Counted from the first letter of the stretch, positions 1 through 13,250 are shown. The stretch: DNA of 64,000 nucleotides from Heteronotia binoei (GCF_032191835.1 NC_083237.1:38316001-38380000), one strand, 5' to 3'. The notes: a model not told the origin generated them from the letters alone. Numbers and translations: made by a program.

Positions 1-1
1 G

Positions 2-736
2 GGACTAACGATAAAAACTGTTAGAAAGCAGCAAGCTGCCTAGACATTTGTTAGTAAGGCCCAGGGGTTTAAAGAGGCTACAGGGGATTTCAGAATTTTA
101 AAAATGTTGGAGGGTTGGTCCAGGGAACGCGGGCAATGGGTGGTTGCCCAGCAGCCCATTTCCCCCTCTGTACTTAAGGGGCTGGGTCAAGTGTGGCTGG
201 AAGTGTGTTGATCCAGTTTTGAGAGCACACTTTTACACACAGCAGCACTAATAGCCTTTTTCGGGGCCCTGAGAATTAGCAAGCTGGTAGTGCAATCCCG
301 GCAGGACCAGTCCAATTGCGCTCTTCGTGCCAGGGATGTAAAATTTAATGGTGACCAGGTCATTTTGACAGTTAGACGATCCAAAACAGACCAAAAGAGC
401 AAGGGCATGGTAGTTACACTGGGCCCCTGTGGAGAAGCGGAGTTGTGCCTGATTAAGGCCCTGCAACAGTAAGTGTCAATTAGAGGGCACACCGAGGGAC
501 CACTATTTTGCCATAGCGACGGTTCTCCATTGACCAAATACCAATTTTGGGCGGTAACCACATGGGCATTAGATAAGCTGGGGCTAGAGGATGTCAAATT
601 TGGCACCCACTCATTCAGGATTGGTGTGGCTTCCACAGCGGCAGCAATGGGCTACCCTGGTCCAGTAATTCGGAGGGTGGGTTGGTGACATTCCTCGGCC
701 TTCTGGTCTTATGTGCGTCCCTTGCTCTCTGTGTGA
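2..736 (+). pseudogene. Tyrosine recombinase of the Ngaro-type element, with four in-frame stops
   Basis: One frame from nt 2 gives FFGALRISK (catalytic R), RRSKTDQ (K), THSFRIG (HxxR), GW* and SYVRP (catalytic Y); stops at about 41, 209, 470 and 686. Confidence 0.88.
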
Positions 737-818
737 GCAAGGAAAACGCAGAGTTAATTTAGTAATGGCCACGGTGGGCAAGTTACTGTTCTTGGTTTGA
801 CTGTTTGTTTCCTTATAG

Positions 819-1911
819 GTGCTGTTGCTCGCCATGAGAGGCTGAGGATCCTCATTTGTGGGCACAGCATGGTGTTGGGGCAAAGTGAATTGGGGCTCAG
901 TGAATGGGCTGTGGTGGAGTGGCAGGGGCGCCAGGGTCTACAATGGCCAGGGCTCCTGCCACTATTGTTTCAGGGGGGGACTGGTCCTCCACCTCACATA
1001 CTGGTCATCCACCTTGGTGGGAATGACCTTGGGTTTATGAAAGGGAAGGCCCATTCCCTGCAGGTGGAGGCTGATCTCCAGGTCATCGTGCAGAGGTGGC
1101 CCGGCATCCTCCTAGTTTGGTCTGCAATCCTTCCTTGCAGAGTTTGGCATGCCACCTGGGACCTGGCAGGCATTGAGAGGGCCAGAAGGAAGGCAAACCA
1201 GGCCCTTCAGAAGGTGATGGAGGGGGGCCTGGATATTTTCCTTCCCCACCCGACCATCTGGGTTGAAATGGAGGAGCTCTATCGATCCAATGGAGTTCGC
1301 TTGTATGAACAGGTATGAATGAACTTTATTACAGTCATAGACCAATATAAAAACTATAACACATCATATAAAACCCTCCTAAAATACCTAAGATAGTATA
1401 AAATACCCTCCTAAAAAAACATACAATACAATAAAATACATAAACATTTCCCCACCTATACAATCCAAGAGAACTAAAATATAATTTAACCAATTTTAAA
1501 ATTCAAGTCAGTTCCAATTTATATAAATCCTTTAAATCAGAGTATATAAAAACATTTATAAACTAAAATTCCAAGAGATCATACAAGACATGCAGTTTCT
1601 TGTTTCTTAGTATGGAACTTCACAAGATAATGGCAAAATTTGGCTATCTGTCTAGAGATAGTTGGACTTGCATCCACCAATAGTTTCTCCAAACATGCCT
1701 CGTCCGCGTCTGCCATTGGTTTAACTACAAACGGGGAAACAAACCTATCCCTCTGTACTTGGTGGAAAGGGCATTTCCCTTTCCCTGTTCATTCATACCT
1801 GTTCATACCAATGGAGTTCGCTTGTAAGACTTGGGTAACTGGGCCTTTTTAAATGACCTATGGCATGGGCTTTGGGGAGCTCTGGGCCATCCGGTGGGCA
1901 CTAATGCATAA
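819..1911 (+). pseudogene. SGNH/GDSL hydrolase ORF of the Ngaro-type element, split by a LINE insertion (1306-1807)
   Basis: Block I ILICGHS, block III HLGGND, block V decayed from DGVHL to NGVRL; the frame resumes after the insertion (*DLGNWAFLNDL...) to TAA at 1909-1911. Confidence 0.82.
1306..1807 (-). mobile_element. 5'-truncated LINE (RTE-X-like 3' end) with a 19-bp target-site duplication
   Basis: CCAATGGAGTTCGCTTGTA at 1287-1305 and 1808-1826; minus strand encodes CPFHQVQRDRF...CLEKLLVDASPTISRQIAKFC, like the LINE C-termini at 11357 and 19239; 3' end GGTCTATGACTGTAATAAAGTTCATTCA. Confidence 0.8.
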
Positions 1912-2809
1912 GCAGAGGCTTGGCATTGGCGGTGGCAGAAGGATGTAGGGGTACTGAAATTTTGGTGAGCACCCAGGGTCAGCACCAGTTGAGTGCATGT
2001 GATTTGCTTGGGTGGCAGATGGGTTATATGGCTCAATGCTGCATAATGCAGATCGTAAGTGAAGCCTCTCCACTAAAATGGCTCCATTGGGGTGATGGTG
2101 GGGGTGAGGCTGAGCTTTGACTGGGCTGGTCTGGCGATAGCCACATTAATGTGACTCAGTGGCTCACCTATCACTGGCCAGGGAAGGGTCATAGGATGAC
2201 CCTGGGGCTGGTCCAGTTCAGTTAGCCCTTGCAGTGCTAGTTATGTTATAGTTATATTTAATAAAGTGGTTTGTTTACCCAACATTTGTGTCAGCCTCTT
2301 TATTCCAACTGGGGGGGGGGCAATCTGGCCCCTCCACGGCCTTGCTGCATCAGTAGCTATAGGCTGTGGGGCCGCTTTTGCCATCCTGGAGGATCGGGGA
2401 GGCTGCCAATTCCCGGGCATCTAGGGATCTATGGAAAGGTAGGGCGTCGCAGCTATGTTAGCTCCGAGAAGGTGCATTTTTCTGCCCATTTTTTCCTGCT
2501 GTGGAATTAAGAAAAATATTAAATGGTGTTCTAGACTGGAGAAGTTAGGAATTTGGGGATGGTGAAGATCTTTAGCCTTCTATTAATGCAAGCCTGATCT
2601 GCTAGCCAAAGCACCAATGTAGATTGTAGCCCTTCTGTTTCTGGAGTTGTGAGGATGACAAACTATACATCTGGCCATTAAGTAGGGAGGGGGGGGGCGT
2701 GGCGTCGCACGCATAGGAAATGGACGCCTGAAAACAGAGCTCCGTACTTACCCCTGCCAAATCCACTTAAGCAAGCGCCCAGCGTTGTTGTTTGTTTTCT
2801 TTAATTAGT

Positions 2810-3805
2810 ATGGGAACAGTAGATGGTCAAAAACCTAGATCAAAAAGAAATTCAAGGAACTCTGTTAAAGACTATTTTCCAAAAAAGCCTAAGGCTAAGG
2901 CCTCAGGAAAAGCAAGCAGCCCTGCAAGCAAGATGGCGTCGGGAGGAGGGGAAAACACAGCAGCAGACCTAGCTTAATTTCGTTCTGAGGTAATGGAGGC
3001 TTTTCAAAAACTGGAACAAAATATGACTGACAAAATATCTGCCATGATCCAGCCCCTTTCTGCTCAAATGGAGGGTTTCAAAACGTCCTTAGAGAAGGTG
3101 GCAGAGATGGCAGATTCTGCTTTTAACATGGCAAGTGCTGTGCAGGAGGACACTCAGTATTTTTATAAAAGAGATGAATGGGCCACTGATAAAATTATTG
3201 CACTTGAGAACCAACTGAAAATGGGGAATGTTAAAATTCGTGGGCTCCCCGAGAATTCTGCCTCCCCCTCTGATCTAAAAACTCTTATAGCCTCCAGGCT
3301 ATCGAAGGCATTGGGTTTTTCTGAATCTGATCTCCATGCCCTGGAGACAGTATATAGAATTGGCCCATTGCGCAGACAGAAAACTTCGTTGCCTAGGGAC
3401 ATTTTAGTCCGTTTCTCTTCTGCCTCAGTTAAATCCAAGTTGCTGCAAAAAGCCCGGGCTATAAATCCTCTTCTGCTAGGAGATTACAATGTCCAAATTC
3501 TACAGGATTTGTCTTCTCAAACCTTGCAAAGGCAGAAAAATCTGAAGCCAATTATAGAAATCCTGAACAGGGAAAACATCAGATATCGATGGGTTGCTTC
3601 GTACAAGCTGCAAGTTACAGTACAGGATCAGTCATTTGTAGCTGCAGACCTTGACTCAGGCCTAAGCATGCTGTGCGTTATGAATCTTCCTGTTCCCACC
3701 GGCCTTATGGAAGCAGCCTCCCATACTCACTCAATAACTTCAGACACTAGATGGCGTCGTGTGCCCATGAACCGTCCTGATCGGCCTGTTTCTTCTAGAA
3801 GCTAA
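2810..3805 (+). pseudogene. L1 #1 ORF1p (coiled coil, RRM, CTD) with one premature stop at 2975-2977
   Basis: Track ORFs 2792-2977 and 2993-3805 share a frame and are separated by one TAA; motifs NVKIRGLPE, VYRIG, PRDILVRF, IRYRW. Confidence 0.85.
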
Positions 3806-5242
3806 ACGCTGGAACTGTTGCTATGCAGAAATCTTCCCCCTTTTTTTTGTTGTTGAGGATTCCTGACTTCCTTTTCCCCCCCTGACATATAAGCTTTGCC
3901 TACTGAACTGCTGACTTATAAACTTTGCCTACGTGGTGCTTATGAAGCAGTGTTTATATACGAAATTGGGGGGTTCCCCCCCCTTTTTTTCCCTTGTTAT
4001 TTATATTTTTTGAAAGCAATGTTATGAATGTGAGGGAGTTATTAATTTAAATCAACTCATTAAAGGAAATCTTCTTGGTTGATTGGGTATGCATGATTGG
4101 AAGAATGGAGTGACTTGGAATATATAGTTTAAAAAGTAAGTGGAAGTAGGTGTTTGAATGGGGAGGCTGGGTGACGAGAGAGGGTGTGGGAGTGAGAGTG
4201 AGAGAGAGAGGGGGGTGGTAGATCTGAGTGAGAAACTTGAATAGTATGATCAGGGTTTTATATCAATATATTTCTTTCTACTGTGAGTTAATGAATTGTC
4301 AGGACCTTTTCCCTTCCTTTGTGAATTCTTGAATGGAAATGAATGTGTGAGACAGAGGGTTGGTAGGGAATGTATGTGTGTGTCAGTTTGTGCCTTATGC
4401 TATTATGAAGGTTTGGAAATTTGTTTCCCTTACTATCACATCTCCCTACATAGGCTTATAAGTGGCTGAAGGATAGTTGGTGGGGAGTGTTTGGGGAGAT
4501 CAGTATTTAATAGTGTTCATAATTCTGTTTAAAGTTTCATTGTATTTTTATCATAGTGTCTTAAGTCTCACTATAACTTTGTGATCGAGATCTGATGCTG
4601 TTACACATGGTATATTAGTTTGCCTGTACTTATCTTTAATTCACTAATCTGAGTTGATAAAAGGCACAGATTTTATTATATGTGGCTTTCTAGGCATTTT
4701 AGCCTTGATTCAATCAGCTTTATGTGGCCTTTCATTATAAAACTCTCTATACATTCGGCTCTGTTATTCTGTTTATAAATTTTAATTTTGCTGGGTTGAT
4801 ATTGTTAAATATAAGCATTTTTGGCAGAGAGGGAGAATGGAGAACTTCGGTTTTTTTAAATAGCTCCATTTGGTAGTTGTTGCTAGTTGTGTGGTATCTT
4901 CAGTAACGAAGACTTCCGCTTCAAATTTAACCTTTTAAGTAAGTAGTTGTTGTTTTCCCAACTTTGGGTTAACAGAGTTGGAGGGTGAGTTAGTGGCTAG
5001 TGTCTGTTAATGCTAGACCACTGGTGTTGGTTATGTTTTTTTGTTTTTGTTATGGGCAGCATAACTGTATTCAATTATTATGGTTTTAGCTGGAAGTTTT
5101 TTAAAGCCTTTGATTTGAATTCTGTCCTCATACCTTTGAAATTTGATCTACAGGACTCATCTCGAGCTATCCTGGTGGCACCTGGGTTAAATGCTATAAA
5201 TTGTAATAATTTTGATAACCTTGGTTATTTCCTCTTTCAATT

Positions 5243-8200
5243 ATGGCAGAGTGCCACTTGAAATTTCTTTCTCTAAACTGTAACGGGCTAAATAATTTAA
5301 TTAAGAAAAAACGGGTTGCCTCTGCCATCTCTCGTCAGAAACCAGATATAATTTTTTTGCAAGAAACTCACCTTAAGGGTAACCAGCCCAGGGTCTTCCA
5401 GTCCAAATTTTTTGCTCATCAATTTCAAGCTTATGGGTCTTCCAAAGCAAGAGGTGTGGCCATCCTAATAGGTAAATCAGTCCAATTCACTTTTGAAAAT
5501 TCCTCAATTGACCCTAGGGGTCGGTATATTTTTATCAATGGGGTCTTTAATGGTAGCCCTTATACTCTGGCATCGGTGTATGCTCCAAATGATGGGCAAA
5601 TTGCATTTATTAAAGATACGTTGTCACAACTTCAAACCTTTCATACAGGGCCCATTATCTTGGGAGGAGATCTCAACTATGTTGTCAATCCTTCTTTAGA
5701 TAGATCTCAAAAAAGCCTGCTACCTCTACCTGCCAATAAACGGTCTCAATCAAAAGATTTGAAGGGCCAAAATGATTTAGCTCAAGTTTTTCAATCCTAT
5801 AATCTGTCAGACATTTGGAGAAGCAGACATCCAAAAGAAAGAGATTATACCTTTTTTTCTTCTCGTCATCAAACTTATTCCAGAATAGATTTTCTTTTAG
5901 TTTCAGATTCTATTTCTAATCTTTTTTCTAAAGTAGAAATTGGCCCAATGATTTGGTCTGATCATGCATGGTTGGAAGGGTATATGTCAGGCGTTACTGA
6001 CAGATCTTTTTCTTTTAATTGGAGATTGGATAGTAAACTTCTGTCTATGAAATCGGTTACAGATTCCACTGAAAAAGACATTAAAGAATTTTTTCAATTC
6101 AATATGGAGTGTGGAGTACCCCAGCATATAGTTTGGGATTCTTTTAAAGCTGTAATTCGTGGCAGATTTATGGCTATTGCCTCTTCGTATAAAAAAGAAA
6201 AAGAAAAAATTAAATCTGATTTGGTTGCCAACATTACCAAATTGGAAGAGAAATTTAAAAAATTTGGTAGCAAAAAAACTTATTCAAAACTTCTTATAGA
6301 AAGAAAAAAATTAGAATCTTTTGACATCTCCAAGATTAAAAAACAAATGGCTTTTATAAAACAAAAATATTGGTTTCGAACTCCTCAATCTCTTAAACTC
6401 CTATCATGGAAGGTTAAAAAGAGAGTATCCTCAATGGCTATTTCTTCCATTCGTTCTAAATCTGGTACCTTGAAACATTCCACTAAGGATATTATAGGAG
6501 TGTTTAAAAAGTACTATTCATCTCTATATTCCTCCCAGCATCCATCATCAGACCTTATTTCATCTTTCTTAGACACTCACTCAGTTATTAAGCCTGTCTC
6601 TCCTGAGGTTAAATCCTTTTTGGACAAACCTTTTACTGCACTTGAAATACAGGAGACTATCAAGTCTATGAAATCCAATAAATCTCCAGGCCGAGATGGC
6701 TTTATACCAGAATTTTATAAATTTTTTAACATTTTGTTGGCTCCCATCTTGGCAGACGCCTGTAATCAGTTTGTACAGTCTGGTTCTTTCCCTGTTACTT
6801 GGTCACAGGCAAAAATCATACTTCTTCCAAAGGACAAAGACTTACTAGACCCTAGTTCATACAGGCCGATATCGCTCCTTAATTGTGATTATAAGATTTT
6901 TACAGCAGCCCTGGTGGCTAGGCTTAATACCTTTATAGGGAACTACATTCATCCTGACCAATCGGGCTTTATCCCACACCGTGAGTTAACGGACAATACT
7001 AGAATGGTCCTTGATGTTATTCAATACTGCCGGAAATTTAATATTGAGTCTTCTTTTATCTTGTCTATTGATTTTGAAAAAGCCTTTGACTCCGTTGAAG
7101 TTCCTTATCTTACAACCTTACTGCAGAAAATGAACTTTGGCCCGAATTTTCTGAAGATAATCCATTCTTTATATAAATCGCCTTCTGCTATTCTTTCTAT
7201 TAATAATTTGGACTCTGAAGAATTTAATCTTTTCAGAGGGACGAGGCAAGGTTGCCCCTTGTCTCCTCTGCTTTTTGCGATCGCAATAGAACCTCTTGCT
7301 AATGCTATCCGTGATACCAATATTATCGCTGGTATCCCTATTAGAAAGAAACAAATTAAGGTGTCTTTGTTTGCAGATGACCTAGTGCTTTTTGTTACAA
7401 AACCTAAGTCTTCTTTACCAGCTGTCTTTGATTTATTATCTGTATTTTCTTCTATATCAGGCCTTCGAGTAAACCCATCCAAAACCATTCTTTATCCCAT
7501 CACAATTTCGGATGCTCTCCAAGACTCCATCTACTCTAATTATCACTTTAAAAAAATTGATAGATATTGGACATATTTGGGGATCAATATACCTTTGAAA
7601 TTGGGAGATATTTTTAAAGTTAATCATCATTTATTGATTAAGGACATTCTTACCCTGCAAAAGAATAAAAATTCTTCACTCATTCCCTGGAATGAAAAAA
7701 TTCAGATTATTAAATCTTTTATTTTCCCCAAATTTCTGTTTTTATTTCGAGCCATTCCTATTCTTATTCCTGAGGATTTATTTGTGGGTTGGCATCGTTC
7801 GTTCTTAAGATATATTTGGAACAAGGGCTTGTCTAGAATAGGGTATGCAACTCTTATTCGTTCTAAATCCTCAGGGGGTCTGGCTCTTCCGGATCTGCAT
7901 AAATTTTATGAAGCTGCCATTTTAGGTGGCCTTATTAGATACCATGATGCTGACTTAAATTCAGGTTGGAAGGCCCTAGAAGATACCTATCTAAATAACA
8001 AATCGTTTCACTCTATATTATGGGAATTTCCAAAGAATAGACCTCCTATTATCTCCTCCAACCTTTTTCTTAAAGCTATTTTTCAGATTTGGGACAAACG
8101 TCGCCTCTCTTTAGCCCCTCCAATATCTCCACTATCTCATTTTGTGGATGTTTCTTGGTTTCAGCCGGGGTTTTTTTACAAGTCTTTTCCAATTTGGAAA

Positions 8201-9123
8201 AAAAATATAAGCTTTATAGGTTTGTGGATATTTTGTCCAATGGAAAAATGCTCGACAAAAAATCTGTGGAAGAGAAAACTGGTGGGACAAAAATCCCATG
8301 GTTTGAATACTTGCAAACTAACAACTTGGTGACATCACTCTTAAAGAAATACAATTTCAATCGACCTCTTACTTTCTTTGAACACTTGCTATATTCTCCT
8401 TTTTTAAAGCGGAAGGGACTGATTTCATTTATTTATAAGGGTTTGCTAGACATTGATGCTGTTGATTTGTTATCCTATCAAGAAATTTGGCAAAGGAATA
8501 GTTCAATTAATTTTCAGGAGGATGTTTGGCAACAAATCTGGTCATCTCCTTCGTTTGTTTCAAAATCATTGAATATACAATTACAAACTCAAATTTTTTT
8601 GTTTCGGTGGTATTTAATACCTCAGAGATTAAGCCATATGGCAATAAATCAATCCTCCAAATGTTGGAAAAATTGTGGAGAGGTGGGCACATTTATACAC
8701 TGCTGGTGGTCTTGCCCGAGGGTGCAGTCGTTTTGGGCAGTAATTGTGGCAAAAATCAAGGATATCACGGGCTATAGTTTACCCTTAAGATTGGAACTCA
8801 TTTTGCTTGACTGTTGGAAAGATATTTCTATTACTTCTCTCAATAAATCCCTGATATCCCTTTTACTAGCTGCTGCTAAAATGGTGTTAGCCCAATTTTG
8901 GAAATCTCCCAATATTCCTCCAGTTAAAGCTTGGTATGCTAAAATCTGGGAGGTCTATGCTATGGACAAGATAGCAGATAGTTTATGCAATATAAACAAT
9001 TCAGAAAGTAATGAATCTCTGATGTACAAGTGGCTTCCATTTCTTAAATTTTCTTTTGGTCCTGTAGATCAGATGAATACATGTATACCTGGTAGATATT
9101 ATGACATTATTAATTTGATGTAA
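5243..9123 (+). pseudogene. L1 #1 ORF2p (APE endonuclease, RT, C-terminal CCHC) with one frameshift in an A8 run at 8198-8205
   Basis: SLNCNGLN, FLQETH, GGDLN, SRIDF, SDHA; PGRDG, YRPISLLNCDYK, GTRQGCPLSP, LFADD; CWKNCGEVGTFIHCWWSC; one extra A would join the two track ORFs. Confidence 0.93.
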
Positions 9124-9214
9124 TTAATATATGGACAGAGTACTTATTTTTTAATTCAGCTGCCAATTATGTATGTGTGTGTGAATGTATGTATGTGTTG
9201 TTTTGTTTGTATTT

Positions 9215-9217
<3 letters not shown>

Positions 9218-9250
<33 letters not shown>
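9218..9250. repeat. (TA)n microsatellite in the L1 #1 3' UTR
   Basis: Direct reading of the sequence. Confidence 0.9.
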
Positions 9251-9253
<3 letters not shown>

Positions 9254-11339
9254 TTCTGCTGGTATGCTATGCTTATACACAAAGAATGATTGCAGATACA
9301 GTCATTGATTGCTTTATTTGTATGTTTATTAAATTCAATAAAAAAGTTTTTGGACAAAAAAAAAGTAGGGAGGGGTGTTCCACTCCTCTTTTATAACAGC
9401 AAAGCAGATGACTTGAGGTAACATTCACAGGGCTAGTGATGTTGAGGTATGGGTTCAATTAAGATCTGAAATCTCCCTCAAAAGACTCCTGAACTTGCTG
9501 GGCCAAGATTCCAGCCCTTTTGTTCTTGGAAGGCGAAGGAAGCATTCACCATATGACACTAAAGAATGCTGTCAGCTCTTCAGGCACAACAGCAGCACAT
9601 TCAATGCACAGATTTTAAATAATTAAATTACTCTAGGAAATATGTAATGCCAGCATATTGTTCATATGCACAGTTCACAGCATAGCCTTTGACTGGTCGC
9701 AAGTGGGAAAGCTGGTAGGATGCATCCCATTGAAATTAGTGTATTGCTTAGTGTCCTGTCTGTTAAGATCCCAGAATCTTACATTTCCACAAATTCATGA
9801 GCCATGTCACTGATAATGTTTTCTTAATATCTTTACATCTAAGGAAACATAAACAGCATATCCATTTTAAAAAAAAGGAACTTCAGTTATGCATATACTT
9901 CTTAATGATGTCCCTTGTGGTCTAATAATCCCCATGTCATCAAAACCCCTTAATTTTCTTTCAACTACACGGGGACAAGAAAGTACTCTTGTGTGGCAAG
10001 GAAGAATACCACTGAAACAATTCAGATCATAGCATGCTGTTTTTACAACATGTCACTGGATTTCCTTGGGGGATTAAAAATATATTTGCTGCTAAAGAAG
10101 TGCTTATGTCTGCCTACCATGCATTTAAAGGATCAAACGATAATTCCAATGCGATCGTTATATCTTTAATCTTCCTGAATATGCATACGTGGCAAAACCA
10201 ATTATGTGTGAGTCATTTGATTAAGTAGTGGCAGGACCTGTGCAAAGGAATGCCTGAAGTCAGACAAAGGTTGGACAATTCAATATGAACAAGGATCTAG
10301 GTAAGTGTCCAGGAATTTGTTCATTATATGCCTGATTCATAATCAGGTTTCTTTTGAGGAAAATAATACAGAGCCTTAAATCTATCTCTGAAACAAAAGC
10401 AGTAATCATTTCATAACATTCTTTCCTCTATAGCTCTGAAAGAAAGAGCTTGTCGTGTTTTTTGAAAGTCTTAAACTGTTGAAAATACAGCCTAATTTTG
10501 TTACACAATCACAGGCATTCCTTCTATCTAATCTTCTCACACACTGGAAAATCACAGTGAGAACTGTTTTTAGATTCTCAGGCAGTGGCAATGGTTTTGT
10601 CAAAAAGGTTTATGAGCCTACCATGACTGGCTTGTCTCAAATATAGATTGGTCCCTGACACAATACATTGTTACCATACATTGTCTTGACTATCAAAACG
10701 TTTCCTGTTTGGTTTGGAAGCTGCAGTTGATATAGAATACTGAGTCTGAAAACTTGGTCAAGTCAACTCACAAGTAATATATGTTTCCCATTTCAGCTCA
10801 AGCCACGGTACCTTGTTTAGGGCACCCAGACCCACTTAAAAGTGCTAGTGATAGACATTAAAATCCTGAAGAGGCTGGGACCTGCATAGAGGAATTGTCT
10901 TCTGCTATATCATGAATACTCAATCAGTGGGGGAAATTCTAATCAATTTTCCATCCAAGAAGAATTGAGGAACATGAGTTTGAAGCATGTTTAATGATGT
11001 TGCCTACTCTGTGGATTGCCCTGCTAAGTGAAGCTTGTTTTGTGGTTTTGCTTCTGACTTTCCAGCTTCTTGTGGAAGTTGGAAAGCTACTGGTCTTGGA
11101 ATTGGGTTTCTGCTGCAGAGTTTCCCTTTAATTTTACTGTGACTTTAGATATTTTCTTACTTTGATTCCCACCAGCTTTCCCCCTCATTCTTGCCCAAAT
11201 CTCCTGCACACTATATTGCCCTTCCTATGTAGCTTCTTTCCTTTCATCTCTATGTTTAGACCAAGGTCTTGAACAATATTCCCTAAAAAAATCATAAAAG
11301 ACTTCCCTTTGACACTTCTCTGTAGCCTCTAGAAGTCAA

Positions 11340-13250
11340 TCAACAAAGTAAGTACATTAGGAATCTAAGTTCTCTAAGAGGATTTGAACCTTTTGCTCTA
11401 ATGTCATTAGAGGAAGTATAGGCCATTTATCAAGGCATGGAATAATCAATTTTAGCCTAAACTGGAGCACATAAGGACATTGAAGGAGAATATGTACAAG
11501 AGCGTCTACTGACTGGAGAGGGCAGGGACATAACAACACAGGACAAGAAGAGAACAAATGAGTGTAATCTCTGGCATAAATCAGCCTGGCCACATGTTTT
11601 TTGCTTTGCTTTGTTTTTTGCATTACAAAGGAAGAAAAAAAAAAGATCCTCCATCTTGAGATTTACAAGAGATAACTTCTGTTCACAAAGCTGGAGCCAG
11701 GGAGCCTTGAAAGAGTCCCTGAGGATTAGGCTTATCAAGTACCTTCAGGGGCCTCAAAATTAAAGGCTTGTACCTCAACACAGGCTTCTCTTGAGCTAAG
11801 ACCTAATTCATAACAATGGGCAGACGATGAAATGTACGTGGGGGCCCTCTGATTGTGTGAAGGAGCAAGGACTGTACTATACTTATCAAATCATCTACAG
11901 CAGAAATTCAAATAGTGACACTATACAAAAGTTGTGAAATCACCATTGAGTTAATAGACTCTAAAAGCAGCTGGAATATAATGTACCCCGTTAGAAAAAA
12001 AGAAATGCAAAATTGCTTTCATAGTAGCCATAGACTTCTGAGTGACCAACAGACATCTCCAGGACAAGCTAAAATGAATTAAGACACTCAAGTACCTAAA
12101 AGAGGAAACCTGTGAGATCTTCTGTCCATCCATGTCTCTCTTTTGGTTGAAGATCCAAGCACAAACTTAATAATTTTAGTTTGCAAACAGTAAGTATGGC
12201 TTTTCAAAGCCTAAAGAAAACCAACTTGGTTTTGGGGAAGTAACACTGAATAATCTGTGTAAAGTAAAAGAGGGACTAAACAATAGTTTAGGCAAATAAA
12301 GGAAGGGATTGAGGAAAACCCGCCCCCAAACACCTGGAAAATCAGTCAAATGCAAAATAACAAAATATGGTGCTAAAAGGCACCCCTGTCCAACCCTATG
12401 AACAATGGTAAAGGAAGTTAGGGTTGCCAGGTCTGTGTTGGAAAATACCTGGAGACTTTGGGGGTGGATCCTGGAGAGGGTGGGGTTTTGGGAGGGGAGG
12501 CCCTCAGCAGAGTGCAATGCCATAGAGTCCACCCTTCAAAGCAGCCATTTTCTCCAGAGGAGCTGATCTCTACCAGTTGGAGATCAGTTGTAAAAGTGGG
12601 AGAACTCCAAGCCCCACCTGGAGGCTGGAAATCTTAAGAAGTACTTAAGTGATCCTCACTATTACACTGCACTTGAGCAGTAGACTCAGTATAGAATTTT
12701 TAATTAACCACAACAATCTCCTGTCAGTTGTGGTTTGCTTCAGTTTAGCCCATAGATGGGTTCTAGGTATGGAATCAAATGTGTAGGAAAAATCTATGAA
12801 GGCTGCATATAGAAAACCCTTCCTTGACATGACATACATACTAATCAAATGGAATAACACATGACTGTTATCAAGTGTACTCTGTCCCTAATAAAATCCC
12901 ATCTCTTCTGGGCCAATGATCTTAGAATCAGACATCAAAGACTGAAGTCTGCTCAACAAAAATGCTGCATAAATCTTACCTACAACTGACAACAAATGAA
13001 TGGGTCAAAAGTTCCTAGAATTGTCCTTATATCCAGCTTTATTATTGGAACAATTATACTAGCACACCATCCAGGGGGAATCACACCAGTGAATCTCAAA
13101 CCATGTCCTTGTGTTTCCAAATTGACTTTTCTTCATGAAATTACATGATCTCCAGTATAATTTTTGGTGGTCATAGTGGCCAAAGGGAATACCAACCATA
13201 AAAGCTGGTCCAGCCCAGAGTTCTGTAATGATTGTACACCTGCTAAATGT
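11340..13250 (-). mobile_element. Degenerate RTE-X-like LINE fragment (RT and C-terminus), interrupted by a MITE; boundaries approximate
   Basis: Track ORFs LYAAFIDFSYTFDSIPRTHLWAKL (12645-12860), ISQVSSFRYLSV (11951-12133), HILLQCPY (11357-11623). Confidence 0.7.
12419..12636. mobile_element. Non-autonomous DNA element (MITE) with TAGGGTTGCCA-type terminal inverted repeats
   Basis: Starts TAGGGTTGCCAG, ends with decayed CTGGAAATCTTA; possible imperfect 8-bp TSD (6/8). Confidence 0.65.

Larger units (their letters stand above)
1..2340 (+). mobile_element. 3' part of a decayed DIRS-order (Ngaro-type) tyrosine-recombinase retrotransposon; begins before the window; right boundary approximate
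   Basis: YR remnant followed by an SGNH hydrolase ORF, then a 3' non-coding region with AATAAA near 2260; YR plus hydrolase is the known organisation of some animal Ngaro elements. Confidence 0.8.
2693..9362 (+). mobile_element. Full-length L1-clade LINE (L1 #1), about 6.67 kb
   Basis: 13-bp TSD AAGTAGGGAGGGG at 2680-2692 and 9363-9375 preceded by TT (TT/AA nick); G-rich 5' end; ORF1; 1.4-kb spacer; ORF2; AATAAA and short A tail. Confidence 0.95.

Noticed and set aside
2-736. Phage or bacterial integrase suggesting contamination or horizontal transfer
   Set aside because: Followed by an SGNH ORF typical of Ngaro retrotransposons, decayed by stops, and contiguous with reptile repeats
1304-1807. 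DNA transposon with 21-bp TIRs
   Set aside because: The 19-bp TSD, LINE C-terminal coding remnant and AATAAA tail indicate target-primed reverse transcription
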